Shown piece by piece: positions 9,971 through 19,836 of a stretch of DNA of 64,000 nucleotides. Both the position numbers and the translations under genes were made by a program. The DNA is taken from the NCBI GenBank assembly GCA_038134595.1, contig JAYPVM010000001.1:4526-68525 (forward strand), written 5' to 3'. The first letter of the stretch is position 1. Each line of letters starts with the position of its first letter. Source of the stretch: Pseudomonadota bacterium (GTDB lineage Bacteria > Bdellovibrionota_C > UBA2361 > OMII01). The notes beneath the pieces were generated by a model. That model saw nothing but the letters and a program-made list of their open reading frames with translations, had not been told where the DNA came from and ran no database searches.

Positions 9971-10333
9971 ATGCGTTCTCTTTGGAGCTATCTCACTCTG
10001 TTTGCGTCCCTCAGCACGCTTCTGTGCTGCGCTCTTCCTGCGTTTCTTGTAGCTATCGGACTCGGAGCTTCATTGGTAGGATTACTTTCAGTATTTCCCC
10101 AACTCGTTTGGTTCTCAGAACACAAGGAGCTTGTCTTTTCCGTAGCGGGAACACTTCTTGTTATCACAGGCTATCGGCAATTTTTTTTAGAGCCTCCTGC
10201 ATGCCCCACCGATGAAACACTAGCGAGAGCCTGCGCTTTGGCTCAAAAGTCTTCGAAAACCATCTACGTAGTCTCTTTCTCGCTGTTCCTGGTGGGCGTT
10301 TTTTTTGCGTTTATCGCTGAGCACATTCTCTGA
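9971..10333 (+). CDS. MerT-like metal-ion transport membrane protein
   Basis: 120 aa with three predicted TM helices. There is a vicinal CC pair in TM1 (LLCCALPAF) and a second Cys pair in the loop (PACP...ARAC), matching MerT topology and motifs. It lies 8 bp downstream of the merP-like gene. Confidence 0.6.
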   Translation: MRSLWSYLTLFASLSTLLCCALPAFLVAIGLGASLVGLLSVFPQLVWFSEHKELVFSVAGTLLVITGYRQFFLEPPACPTDETLARACALAQKSSKTIYVVSFSLFLVGVFFAFIAEHIL

Positions 10334-10625
10334 CTCTGCATCGCTCCCACGGAGTGATTACGAGCATAAGTCTAACCTGACTACTGTACGAGGATGCAGA
10401 GCTCGGTCTAGCAAGGCTTGGATGTACTTGCATACTTCGGCGCACCGCGTGGAAATTAGGAATCAACATTTTGTGTCAGCAGCACCTGTCGCTCACAAAC
10501 TGTAAATGGTAAGGGGACAGTCTATGGATGGCATGTCCTTGGTCGTCTGTTACAGCAAGCGCAGCTAAATTCGTAAAAATACGACGAGTGTACCTTCAAA
10601 CTCCCTACCATATCCCGTGAATAGG

Positions 10626-12620
10626 CTACGCCTTCTTCTGAAGCTCGCGAATCAATAACTCTACTGAGGTCTCCACCGAGCACACGCTTGTATCTATCTC
10701 AATATCAGCCGATTCGGGTGCTTCATAGGGAGAAGATACTCCTGTAAATCCGTCTATTTCACCCGAGCGCGCTTTTCTATACAAGCCGTGTGGATCTCGC
10801 TTTTCACATTCTGCAAGTGGGGTGCTTAAAAACACCTCGATAAAAGAGTCTTCACCGATAATCTCTTTGGCTCTTTCTCTGTCGAGTGCCATAGGAGATA
10901 TAAGCGAGCAAACGACAGTGATACCAGCATCGTTAAAGAGCTTAGCCACCTCAGCGGCGCGGCGTATATTTTCTCGACGATCCTCTTTGCTGAAACCTAG
11001 ATTCTTGTTTAGTCCAAAGCGAAGGTTATCCCCATCGAGTCTATATACTGGGCGCTTATCTTCGAACAACCTATCTTCTAGGGCCTTGGCAATCGTTGAC
11101 TTACCAGAGCCACTTAAGCCTGTGCACCACAGCGTTACTGCCTTGTGACCAAATGCCTCTTCTCGGGCGCTACGATGGATAGCGCTATCTTCCCTATGGA
11201 TAAATTTAGAGCGAGGAGCCTTTGCAACCTGCTCATCAGTTGCTTGATGAAAGACCTCTTGAGGTTGCCTGTCGATAATCATTCCACCAGCAACGGTATG
11301 AAACGTCTCTTCGTCGATTACGATAAAGTTCCCAGTAGCACGATTTTTTCCGTACGGATCAACGAACAGTGGCGTTCGAGTGGTTATGGAGACTCTTCCT
11401 ATCTCGTTTAGATTAAGGGGGCGACCCTCCTCTCGACTCAACGAATTAACATCGATGCGATATGAAACCTCACTGATATAGCTCTTTGTATCGCGAGAGG
11501 TATGCATGATGATATACGACTTACTGCAATCCATCGGCGTCTCAGACATCCACACAAGCATTGCTTCGAACTCTTGGCGCACGTGTGGAACATTATGCGA
11601 TCGTACGAGCATATCACCACGCGAGATATCAATTTCATCCTCAAGAGCGATTACGACAGATTGCGGAGCGCTCGCACTTTCAAGCACACAACCATTCGGA
11701 TCTACCGACAAATAATCGATGCTCTTAACCTTAGACCTCCTCTGCGAGGGAAGCGCCATCACCTCCTCGCCTATCTGAATGTGTCCCGATCTAATTTGTC
11801 CGGCATAGCCTCTATAATTTTGATTCGGTCTAATCACGTATTGAACTGGAAACCTAAAATCTACTGCGTTGGCGTCCCCCGCTACATATACGTTCTCTAA
11901 GTACTCCAGGATAGTCTCTCCAGAGTACCACGGCATGGCATCACCGTGATTTACAACGCAATCGCCCTTGAGTGCAGAGACAGGGATGAACTTAATCTGC
12001 TTAACGCCAAGCTTTGAGGCAAAAGCTGTATATTCAGCCGTTATCGCATCAAAGACCTCCTGTGAGTAATCAACCAGATCCATCTTATTAACTGCAACGA
12101 GCAATCGAGGCACTCCTAACAAGGATGCGATAAATGAGTGTCGCTTTGTTTGGGTAACAATCCCCTTTCGGGCGTCGATAAGAATAATTGTCAGATCGGC
12201 AGTCGAAGCACCTGTAGCCATGTTTCGGGTATACTGCTCATGACCCGGAGTGTCGGCGAGAATAAATCTCCTCTTTGGTGTTGAAAAATATCGATACGCG
12301 ACATCGATAGTAATTCCTTGCTCCTGCTCAGCCTTAAGTCCGTCCGTCAGATGTGCAAGATCAATATCGGCTCCACCCTTGCTCTGCGCCTTCTTCTCCA
12401 ACGCGGATATGTGATCTTCGTACACGTTCTTTGAATCGTGAAGGAGTCGCCCAATAAGAGTTGATTTACCATCATCAACACTTCCAGCAGTTGAAAAACG
12501 CAAAAGAGATGTCTTCTCACCTTTAGCGAGCAATTCTCTAACCTCATCATCACTGATGCGAACATCCAATACTGGAGCTGTTTGTACATCTTGAACGATT
12601 CGTAATCCCTTAGCGGTCAT
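10626..12620 (-). CDS. cysNC: Bifunctional sulfate adenylyltransferase subunit 1 / adenylylsulfate kinase (CysN-CysC fusion)
   Basis: N-terminal GTPase domain (GSVDDGKSTLIGRL, DTPGHEQY, NKMD). C-terminal APS-kinase domain (LWCTGLSGSGKSTIA...RLDGDNLR). The start overlaps the cysD stop (TAATG). Confidence 0.9.
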   Translation of the reverse strand: MTAKGLRIVQDVQTAPVLDVRISDDEVRELLAKGEKTSLLRFSTAGSVDDGKSTLIGRLLHDSKNVYEDHISALEKKAQSKGGADIDLAHLTDGLKAEQEQGITIDVAYRYFSTPKRRFILADTPGHEQYTRNMATGASTADLTIILIDARKGIVTQTKRHSFIASLLGVPRLLVAVNKMDLVDYSQEVFDAITAEYTAFASKLGVKQIKFIPVSALKGDCVVNHGDAMPWYSGETILEYLENVYVAGDANAVDFRFPVQYVIRPNQNYRGYAGQIRSGHIQIGEEVMALPSQRRSKVKSIDYLSVDPNGCVLESASAPQSVVIALEDEIDISRGDMLVRSHNVPHVRQEFEAMLVWMSETPMDCSKSYIIMHTSRDTKSYISEVSYRIDVNSLSREEGRPLNLNEIGRVSITTRTPLFVDPYGKNRATGNFIVIDEETFHTVAGGMIIDRQPQEVFHQATDEQVAKAPRSKFIHREDSAIHRSAREEAFGHKAVTLWCTGLSGSGKSTIAKALEDRLFEDKRPVYRLDGDNLRFGLNKNLGFSKEDRRENIRRAAEVAKLFNDAGITVVCSLISPMALDRERAKEIIGEDSFIEVFLSTPLAECEKRDPHGLYRKARSGEIDGFTGVSSPYEAPESADIEIDTSVCSVETSVELLIRELQKKA

Positions 12621-13531
12621 TAGAAATACCCCTCCCGCTTCTTTGTTTCCATCGAACCATCGCTATCGTGGTCAATAACTCGCGTTGCTCTCTCCGAGGT
12701 TCGCGCCACCATCATTTCAGCAACAATAGACTCAACAGTCGTAGCGTCCGAGCGGATTGCTCCGGTACAGGGAGTACATCCAAGGCTTCGGAATCGACAC
12801 ATCACCTCTTCGGGAGTTTCTCCTTCAAGAACTCGAGCCGCATTATCAATGGGGATAAGATTATCTCCCCGAACAACTACAGGGCGCTTCTTGGCGAAAT
12901 AAAGGGGAACGATGGGTATCTCCTCTTTCAGGATATAGTGCCAGACGTCTAACTCAGTCCAGTTCGAGAGAGGAAATACTCGTATCGATTCACCTTTCTT
13001 GATCCGCCCGTTGTATTGACTCCATAATTCAGGGCGCTGATTTTTTGGATCCCATTGACCAAATGCATCTCGAAACGAAAACACTCGCTCCTTTGCACGC
13101 GACTTCTCTTCATCTCTTCGAGCTCCCCCGATGGCGGCATCAAAGTCCCATTTTTTAAGTCCATCAAGAAGAGCTTTTGTTTTTAGATGACCGCAACACG
13201 CCTGTGTTCCAAGATCGTACGGATTAGCGTTGTTAGAGATCGCATCTTCGTTTCTGTAGATAAGAAGATTTGCTCCGATTTCTTTCGTGAAAGAATCGCG
13301 AAACTCATACATCTCTTGAAACTTAAAACCGGTGTCTACGTGCATCAGAGGAAACGGAATCTTCCCTGGATAGAATGCTTTTTGGGCAAGACGCACTAAA
13401 CACGATGAATCTTTTCCAACTGAATACAAAAGCACAGGTCGCTCAAACTGAGCCGCGACCTCACGCATGATGTAAATGCTTTCAGCCTCAAGTTGCTCTA
13501 AATGGTTTAACGTTGCTACTGGTAAAGACAT
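12620..13531 (-). CDS. cysD: Sulfate adenylyltransferase subunit 2
   Basis: PAPS-reductase-like fold with [15 protein letters not shown] and [16 protein letters not shown], close to CysD. Immediately upstream of and translationally coupled to cysNC. Confidence 0.9.
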   Translation of the reverse strand: MSLPVATLNHLEQLEAESIYIMREVAAQFERPVLLYSVGKDSSCLVRLAQKAFYPGKIPFPLMHVDTGFKFQEMYEFRDSFTKEIGANLLIYRNEDAISNNANPYDLGTQACCGHLKTKALLDGLKKWDFDAAIGGARRDEEKSRAKERVFSFRDAFGQWDPKNQRPELWSQYNGRIKKGESIRVFPLSNWTELDVWHYILKEEIPIVPLYFAKKRPVVVRGDNLIPIDNAARVLEGETPEEVMCRFRSLGCTPCTGAIRSDATTVESIVAEMMVARTSERATRVIDHDSDGSMETKKREGYF

Positions 13532-13735
13532 GAGTCCTTTTGTATCGCTATCAGCTAAATTTCACAAGAATTACACGGTTTTTCGGCCTATTTTTACTCT
13601 TGATTATAACAAGAGCGGAACACTGCAACTTTACCGGTAGCGCACCTGCCTCCTCTACAGTACCCTGTCCGAACCTTTGTCGGGACAAGCACTTCATCTT
13701 GCTCCGAGTAAGGCTAGCAGTTTGTAGTAGTTACG

Positions 13736-15388
13736 ATGTCCTTAGCAGAAAATCAACAAAAGCCTGTCCGGAAACTCCCTAAAGCTCAAATCACAGCCGA
13801 TGTTAAATTAAGGCCCTGGCAGCAAGAGGCTTTTGGCACTTATCTTGACTGCCTTCTGAGGGGAGAGAGGTCACTACTGCTCGAAGCTACTCCTGGTGCT
13901 GGTAAAACAACAGCGGCGTTAGTCTTTGCGCTCCATCAGAAAAGAAAACGCGGTATAGAGAGAATAGGAATCGTCGTTCCAACCGCGCACCTAAAAACCC
14001 AATGGGCACGCTCTGCTCTGGATCTCAATCTTCACCTAGATAGCGCATTTAGTAACAACCGAGCAGCTTTATCCACTGACTACTCAGGTTTTGTCGTAAC
14101 ATATCAACAGGTCGCACAAAAACCTCAGCTCTTTCGACGTCTGACACAGAATGCATGCATCATTTTAGACGAGGTTCATCATGCTGGAGACGGGCTTTCT
14201 TGGGGTGACGGGCTTCGCTCGGCCTTTCAAGATGCTCATTTCCTACTGTGTCTTAGCGGAACACCTTTTCGAAGTGACAACGCGGCAATCCCCTTTGTCC
14301 CCTATGACGATGTCGGCTTTAGCCTTCCTGACTACTCATATGCGTACAGTCGCGCTGTCGAAGAGGGGGTATGTCGACCTACAGCATTCTTTACCTATGC
14401 GGGAGAAGTTTGTTGGAGAGAGGCGAACGGAGACGTATCTGCATGTTTTTCAGATGAACTTGACCACATAGGGCAATCAAGACGCCTACGCGCTGCTCTT
14501 GATCCGGATAGTGGCTGGATCGAACCGATGCTTCGAGACGCTCACACTATGCTTATGAAAACAAGACGTGAGCACCCCGACGCGGGGGGGCTCCTTGTAG
14601 CGGCAGATCAAACAAACGCGCGAAAGCTCGCGCGACTCCTAAAGAAAATAACGAATACTAGCCCTGTAGTTATCCTCTCTGAAGAAGCACTGGCCGCAAA
14701 ACGTTTAAAGGAGTTTAGAAATTCTCGGGAGCCGTGGCTTGTTGCGTGCAACATGGTGAGCGAGGGTGTTGATATTCCACGGCTCCGGGTAGGTGTATAC
14801 GCCACCACAGTTCGAACAAAGATGTATTTTAGGCAATTCCTAGGTCGAATCGTTCGACGTATTCCTACCCTAAAAGCACTCCAGGTCGCTTACTGCTATC
14901 TGCCAGCGGATCCAACACTCATTTCTCTAGCAGAGGAGATTGAGGACGAAATCAGACACTGCATTAGACCTCGTGGAGAGAGTGAATTCGACGACCGTAA
15001 GCAAGAAGCGAAAAACGACGACAAGCCCCCAGCGCCACAATGGGAGGCCTTAACCTCCCACAACTCAGGACTTAACTCCGTGATTGTGCACGGTAATCAG
15101 CTCTCTCTCTTTGGGGGTGCGCCCGCTGAAGCCACTGCAATTGACGAAGTAGTGCAAGAGAAGGTAACCGCTCGCTTAGACGAAAAACGCACCCGCGCTG
15201 AGGAGAAAGCATTTCTTACCCAAGAGATGCGTAAGCTAGTGAATATGATACACAAACGAACCAAACAGTCTCACGCCCAAATACACGCACACCTAAACGC
15301 TCTGCAAAAAGTCAAAAGCCAGACATCCTGCACAGAGAAACAATTAAGAGAAAGGATACTGCTTGTTCGTAAAATGCTGGTAAACTAA
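13736..15388 (+). CDS. Superfamily-2 DEAD/DEAH-box helicase (type III restriction res-subunit-like)
   Basis: Walker A (ATPGAGKT), DEVH box (ILDEVHHAGD), motif III (LSGTPFRSD), motif V (SEGVDIP) and motif VI (QFLGRIVRR) are all present. Standalone gene. Confidence 0.7.
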   Translation: MSLAENQQKPVRKLPKAQITADVKLRPWQQEAFGTYLDCLLRGERSLLLEATPGAGKTTAALVFALHQKRKRGIERIGIVVPTAHLKTQWARSALDLNLHLDSAFSNNRAALSTDYSGFVVTYQQVAQKPQLFRRLTQNACIILDEVHHAGDGLSWGDGLRSAFQDAHFLLCLSGTPFRSDNAAIPFVPYDDVGFSLPDYSYAYSRAVEEGVCRPTAFFTYAGEVCWREANGDVSACFSDELDHIGQSRRLRAALDPDSGWIEPMLRDAHTMLMKTRREHPDAGGLLVAADQTNARKLARLLKKITNTSPVVILSEEALAAKRLKEFRNSREPWLVACNMVSEGVDIPRLRVGVYATTVRTKMYFRQFLGRIVRRIPTLKALQVAYCYLPADPTLISLAEEIEDEIRHCIRPRGESEFDDRKQEAKNDDKPPAPQWEALTSHNSGLNSVIVHGNQLSLFGGAPAEATAIDEVVQEKVTARLDEKRTRAEEKAFLTQEMRKLVNMIHKRTKQSHAQIHAHLNALQKVKSQTSCTEKQLRERILLVRKMLVN

Positions 15389-15649
15389 CAACGGTCCGTA
15401 ACTACCTAAGATAACGGCGTTTTATATTATTCTCGCTGTGATTTTCTCCAAAAGGCTTGCACAACGCCCCCAATCCCCTGTAATCATGAGGATCATAGGC
15501 AGGGGCTTTAAAAAGAGCCGATTCGAGTCAGCACTTTTTTTACTCTTTACCTAAAGACACTATATATATAGTACTTCAAAACTCTTACAAAAGAGCTGCG
15601 CGTACCACGTACTGCATAAGACGTAGACGCCATAGAACGAGATAAAGTT

Positions 15650-18400
15650 ATGTCAAAACGACTAGTTATAGTAGAGTCTCCAACCAAAGCCAGAACCATT
15701 GAGAAGTTTCTTCCAAACGACTTCACCGTACTCGCGTCGTACGGACACATTCGAGACCTACCCAACAGTGCCTCTGAAATCCCTGCTGATATCAAAAAAG
15801 AGAAGTGGTCTCGCCTCGGTGTAAACGTTGATTCCTCTTTCGATCCTCTCTATATCATTCCAAGCGACAAGGAGAAGCGCGTAAAGGAACTCAAGAAAGC
15901 TGTCAAAAACGCCTCTGAAGTCTATCTCGCAACCGACGAAGATAGAGAGGGAGAATCGATTAGCTGGCACTTATTGTCAGTATTAGAGCCAAAGGTGCCC
16001 GTTAAGCGACTGGTATTCCATGAAATTACCAAAAAGGCGATTGAAGAGAGCCTCTCTCACGCACGATCGATCGATGAGAACCTGGTAAAAGCACAAGAGA
16101 CACGACGAATTATCGACAGGCTCTACGGCTACTCTGTTAGTCCACTCTTGTGGAAGAAGATGGTACCTCGACTAAGTGCTGGAAGAGTGCAGAGTGTTGC
16201 TATTAGACTTCTGGTGCAACGTGAACGAGAGCGCGCAAAATTTCGCTCGGCAGATTACTGGGATATTAAAGCTCTGCTCTCTGCTCCCTCCAATCCAGCG
16301 CTACCCTTTGAAGCAGAACTTACGCACGTTGGAGATAAGCGAGTTGCCAGTGGCAAGGATTTCGACGCTAATACCGGTAAGCTTCTCGATAAACCTGATG
16401 TTATACTTCTAGATGAGAAATCCACTCTTGAATTAAAAGGCAGGCTAGAAGCATCCACACCTACAGTCAAAGAGGTTGAAAGCAAACCCTTCACTCAAAA
16501 GCCGTCGCCTCCGTTTACAACAAGCACAATGCAACAAGAAGCAAATAGAAAGCTTGGTTTCGGTGCAAAACGGACAATGGGTGTTGCTCAAAAACTGTAC
16601 GAGAACGGATTTATCACCTACATGCGTACGGATTCAACAACGCTTTCTCAAGAAGCTCTTACCGCGGCTCGAACGCTCATTGAAAGAGAATTCGGTAAAG
16701 ATTACATCGATGCCTCACCGCGTATTTACAAAACTAAAGTCAAAAATGCGCAAGAGGCACACGAAGCGATTCGCCCCGCTGGTTCTGAATTCGCTCACCC
16801 TGATACAGTAAAGGCTCGTCTTGGAGATGAAGCATACAAGCTTTACGAACTTATTTGGAAACGCATGCTTGCGTGCCAAATGAAAGATGCTCAAGGAACA
16901 AGAGTGTCTGTAGCGATCGGAATAGATAACGCAAACTTTAGAGCAAGCGGTAAAACAATTTCATTTCCAGGCTTCCTACGGGCTTACGTAGAGGGCTCAG
17001 ATGATCCAGAAGCCGACTTGGCAGAGCGCGAGAAAAATCTACCGGCTCTCACCAAAGGCGATGAGTTAGACGCGAAAAACTACGATGCTCTCAAACACTC
17101 GACACAGCCTCCAGCGCGCTATACCGAGGGAAGCCTTATCAAAGAGCTTGAAAAGCTCGGCATCGGACGCCCAAGCACATGGGCTACCATCGTAGATGTT
17201 GTACTTTCTCGGGATTATGCATTCAAGAAAGGGACAGCGCTGGTACCAACAATTCTGGCTATGGGGGTTACAGGTCTCCTTGAAGGATACTTCTCACACC
17301 TAGTCGATTATGAATTTACAGCTAAACTAGAAGACGATCTCGATTCGATATCACGTGGAGAACTCGACAACCAGGAGAAACTGCGGGCCTTTTACTTCGG
17401 TGAAGAGGGAAGCCTAAAGGGCTTAAAAGACCTTGTAACTGAGGGCGAGGAAAATATTGATCCACGAGTTGTTTGTGGAATAGGGCTCGGAAAGGGTTCT
17501 ACAGGACAAGACCTAGAAGTTCGTGTAGGTCGCTACGGCCCCTTCCTATCTGATGGTGAAAACCGTGCAAGCGTTCCAGACTCGTTACCGTTTGACGAGC
17601 TAACAAGCTCTACGGCAGAGCAACTTCTTGCAGAAGCAGCCAAAGGACCAGAGTCTTTAGGAAACGATCCTGAAACTAACTTGCCAGTGTATGTTAAAAA
17701 AGGTCGTTTTGGACCTTATATCCAACTGGGAGACATGGTTGAAGGTGGCGAGAAGCCCAAAATGGCGTCCCTGCTCCCTGGCCTAACGCCCGCAGACATC
17801 ACGCTTTCTATCGCGTTAGATATTCTTTCGCTTCCGAAACAGATTGGTGTACACCCAGAGAATGAAGCCGAAATAATGGTATACAACGGTCGCTATGGTC
17901 CCTACATCAAATGCGGATCTGAAAGTAGAACCATCCCCACAGAGGAGTCACCACTAACCATAACACTTCAGCGAGCACTTGAACTTTTAGCTCAACCAAG
18001 AACGAGGGGACGTGCAGCCAGCCAACCAAAAACCTTAAAAGAGCTCGGCAAGCATCCTGATTCACAGGAAACGATATCGCTAAAAAGCGGCCGATACGGT
18101 CCCTACGTTACAGACGGCACCACAAACGCTTCGCTTCCTCAAGGAGCAGATGCTGAAGCGCTCACACTTGATGAAGCCGTTGAACTAATCAGAGCACGGG
18201 CCGCAAAAGGCCCCGCCAAGAAGAAGCGCGCAACAAAGAAATCTACTACTACTACTACAAAAAAGAAGACATCAACTTCAAAAACTACGAAGAAAAAAAC
18301 AGAAACTAAAAAGACTCCTACTAAGAAAGCGGCAGCAAAAACGACTAAGAAAAGCACAGCCAAAAAAGCCACTACCAAAAAAGCTGCCAACGCCGAGTAA
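15650..18400 (+). CDS. topA: DNA topoisomerase I with C-terminal Topo_C repeats and a lysine-rich tail
   Basis: TOPRIM N-terminus (LVIVESPTKARTIEKFL...GHIRDL) and type IA core. There are 3-4 GRYGPY/GRFGPY repeats instead of zinc ribbons. The last roughly 60 aa are a K/T/A-rich low-complexity tail (KKKRATKKSTTTTTKKKTS...). Confidence 0.95.
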   Translation: MSKRLVIVESPTKARTIEKFLPNDFTVLASYGHIRDLPNSASEIPADIKKEKWSRLGVNVDSSFDPLYIIPSDKEKRVKELKKAVKNASEVYLATDEDREGESISWHLLSVLEPKVPVKRLVFHEITKKAIEESLSHARSIDENLVKAQETRRIIDRLYGYSVSPLLWKKMVPRLSAGRVQSVAIRLLVQRERERAKFRSADYWDIKALLSAPSNPALPFEAELTHVGDKRVASGKDFDANTGKLLDKPDVILLDEKSTLELKGRLEASTPTVKEVESKPFTQKPSPPFTTSTMQQEANRKLGFGAKRTMGVAQKLYENGFITYMRTDSTTLSQEALTAARTLIEREFGKDYIDASPRIYKTKVKNAQEAHEAIRPAGSEFAHPDTVKARLGDEAYKLYELIWKRMLACQMKDAQGTRVSVAIGIDNANFRASGKTISFPGFLRAYVEGSDDPEADLAEREKNLPALTKGDELDAKNYDALKHSTQPPARYTEGSLIKELEKLGIGRPSTWATIVDVVLSRDYAFKKGTALVPTILAMGVTGLLEGYFSHLVDYEFTAKLEDDLDSISRGELDNQEKLRAFYFGEEGSLKGLKDLVTEGEENIDPRVVCGIGLGKGSTGQDLEVRVGRYGPFLSDGENRASVPDSLPFDELTSSTAEQLLAEAAKGPESLGNDPETNLPVYVKKGRFGPYIQLGDMVEGGEKPKMASLLPGLTPADITLSIALDILSLPKQIGVHPENEAEIMVYNGRYGPYIKCGSESRTIPTEESPLTITLQRALELLAQPRTRGRAASQPKTLKELGKHPDSQETISLKSGRYGPYVTDGTTNASLPQGADAEALTLDEAVELIRARAAKGPAKKKRATKKSTTTTTKKKTSTSKTTKKKTETKKTPTKKAAAKTTKKSTAKKATTKKAANAE
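18241..18256 (+). repeat. (ACT)5 trinucleotide run inside the topA tail (encodes TTTTT)
   Basis: actactactactact sits within the K/T-rich low-complexity C-terminal tail coding region. Confidence 0.7.
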
Positions 18401-18414
18401 GTGTTGCACGACGC

Positions 18415-19689
18415 TTACATCATCCGCTGTAGGACATACACTCCAGCACCTGCGAGGTATCCAGCAACAGCAAGAAAACTCATCTTCTTTAGATACCAGA
18501 AGAAGTTGACCTTTTCTAAGCCCATCGCTGCTACGCCTGCTGCAGAGCCGACAATAAGAGCACTTCCACCGGTCCCTGCACAGTATGCTAGGAACTGCCA
18601 GAAAAAACTGTCTATCGGAAAATGATTAAGCGTATACATTCCTTGCGCTGCCGCTACCAAAGGCACGTTGTCGATAATCGCCGAGAGAAGTCCGATTGTA
18701 AGCCCAAGCAAAACGAGATTACTGACTGCATGCTCTAGCCACGTGGCTACATACGCCAAAATACCCGTAGATTCCAATGCCGAAATTGCGAGAAGAATCC
18801 CCAAAAAGAATAATATGCTGGGGGTATCTATCTTTCGAATGGCGTGGTTTACCGAAAGCACCCCTTTTTCAGCTTCATTTTTATCTCCATGAATAAATTC
18901 CGTCAGAACCCACATCAGCCCCAATCCAAAGAGCATTCCCATAAACGGTGGCAGACCAGTAACAGTTTTGAAAACTGGTACCATAAACAAGACGCCAACC
19001 CCCAGGCCAAAGACCGTTCTACGCTCAAATGCGGTAGAGCGCATAGTGCGCATCTCTCGCTGTTCCATTGGCTCTACAACGCCTCTCATCTGAAAGGAAA
19101 GAATCGCTAGTGGAACCACAACACACACTAAACTAGGCACGAACAACCCCTTTATTATCGGCATTACCGTGATCTGCCCTCCAATCCACAACATTGTCGT
19201 TGTCACGTCTCCCATCGGAGACCACGCTCCTCCCGCATTTGCAGCGATAACCGTCAATCCCACAAAAAACAATCTATCTGATTTGTGGGGTATTAGCTTC
19301 CTTAAAACACTAATCATTACAATTGTGGTTGTAAGGTTATCAAGGATGGCGGAGAGAAAAAACGTCACCAACGATATCAGCCACATGAGCCTCACTTTGC
19401 CCTGTAATTTTATTCGCGAGGTTATAATGTCAAATCCATCGTGAGCATCGATAAGCTCCACAATGACCATAGCTCCCAACAGAAAGAACAAGATGCCCGA
19501 AAGTTCTCCCATATGCCTCTCAAGCTCATGGACGATTTGATGCGCATCACCGTTTGAGAGGATGTATACAATCCAGCAGGCTATTCCGGTTAGCAGCGCG
19601 GGGGCGGCCTTGTTAATCTTAATTGTATGTTCCAGAGTGATGGCGCTGTATCCGAGGATGAAAATTGTAATAAGTAATGTAGTTGCCAT
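18415..19689 (-). CDS. NhaD/ArsB-superfamily ion transporter (NhaD-type Na+/H+ antiporter-like)
   Basis: Polytopic membrane protein with an NhaD-like N-terminus (MATTLLITIFILGYSAITLEH). I prefer the start at 19689 (ATG with GAGAGG ribosome-binding site) over the upstream in-frame extension. Confidence 0.6.
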   Translation of the reverse strand: MATTLLITIFILGYSAITLEHTIKINKAAPALLTGIACWIVYILSNGDAHQIVHELERHMGELSGILFFLLGAMVIVELIDAHDGFDIITSRIKLQGKVRLMWLISLVTFFLSAILDNLTTTIVMISVLRKLIPHKSDRLFFVGLTVIAANAGGAWSPMGDVTTTMLWIGGQITVMPIIKGLFVPSLVCVVVPLAILSFQMRGVVEPMEQREMRTMRSTAFERRTVFGLGVGVLFMVPVFKTVTGLPPFMGMLFGLGLMWVLTEFIHGDKNEAEKGVLSVNHAIRKIDTPSILFFLGILLAISALESTGILAYVATWLEHAVSNLVLLGLTIGLLSAIIDNVPLVAAAQGMYTLNHFPIDSFFWQFLAYCAGTGGSALIVGSAAGVAAMGLEKVNFFWYLKKMSFLAVAGYLAGAGVYVLQRMM

Positions 19690-19699
19690 GCCGAGAAAC

Positions 19700-19716
19700 C
19701 TCTCTCTCTCTCTTTT
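19700..19716. repeat. (CT)8 dinucleotide repeat in the 5' leader of the NhaD-like transporter
   Basis: ctctctctctctctct lies immediately upstream of the preferred start at 19689, and the ribosome-binding site (GAGAGG on the coding strand) is formed from it. Confidence 0.6.
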
Positions 19717-19836
19717 CAAACCTTCGAAAGTGCTGAACTGTACGCTCTGTAGCTCACAAAGATTTGAGTGTTTCGTTAAACTATAGGCAGTTGACAATCA
19801 CCCTACAAGAGAAAGACGAAGAGCGTGAGGAATATC

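Noticed and set aside
15455-15515. Candidate intrinsic terminator after the helicase gene (CCCCTG...CAGGGG stem followed by TTT, and a downstream T8 run).
   Set aside because: The stem is only 6 bp with a 19-nt loop, and the T8 run has no preceding stem. Too weak to call.
18139-18390. 83-aa minus-strand ORF inside the topA tail region.
   Set aside because: It is produced by the low-complexity AAG/ACT repeats of the lysine-rich tail coding sequence and is not an independent gene.
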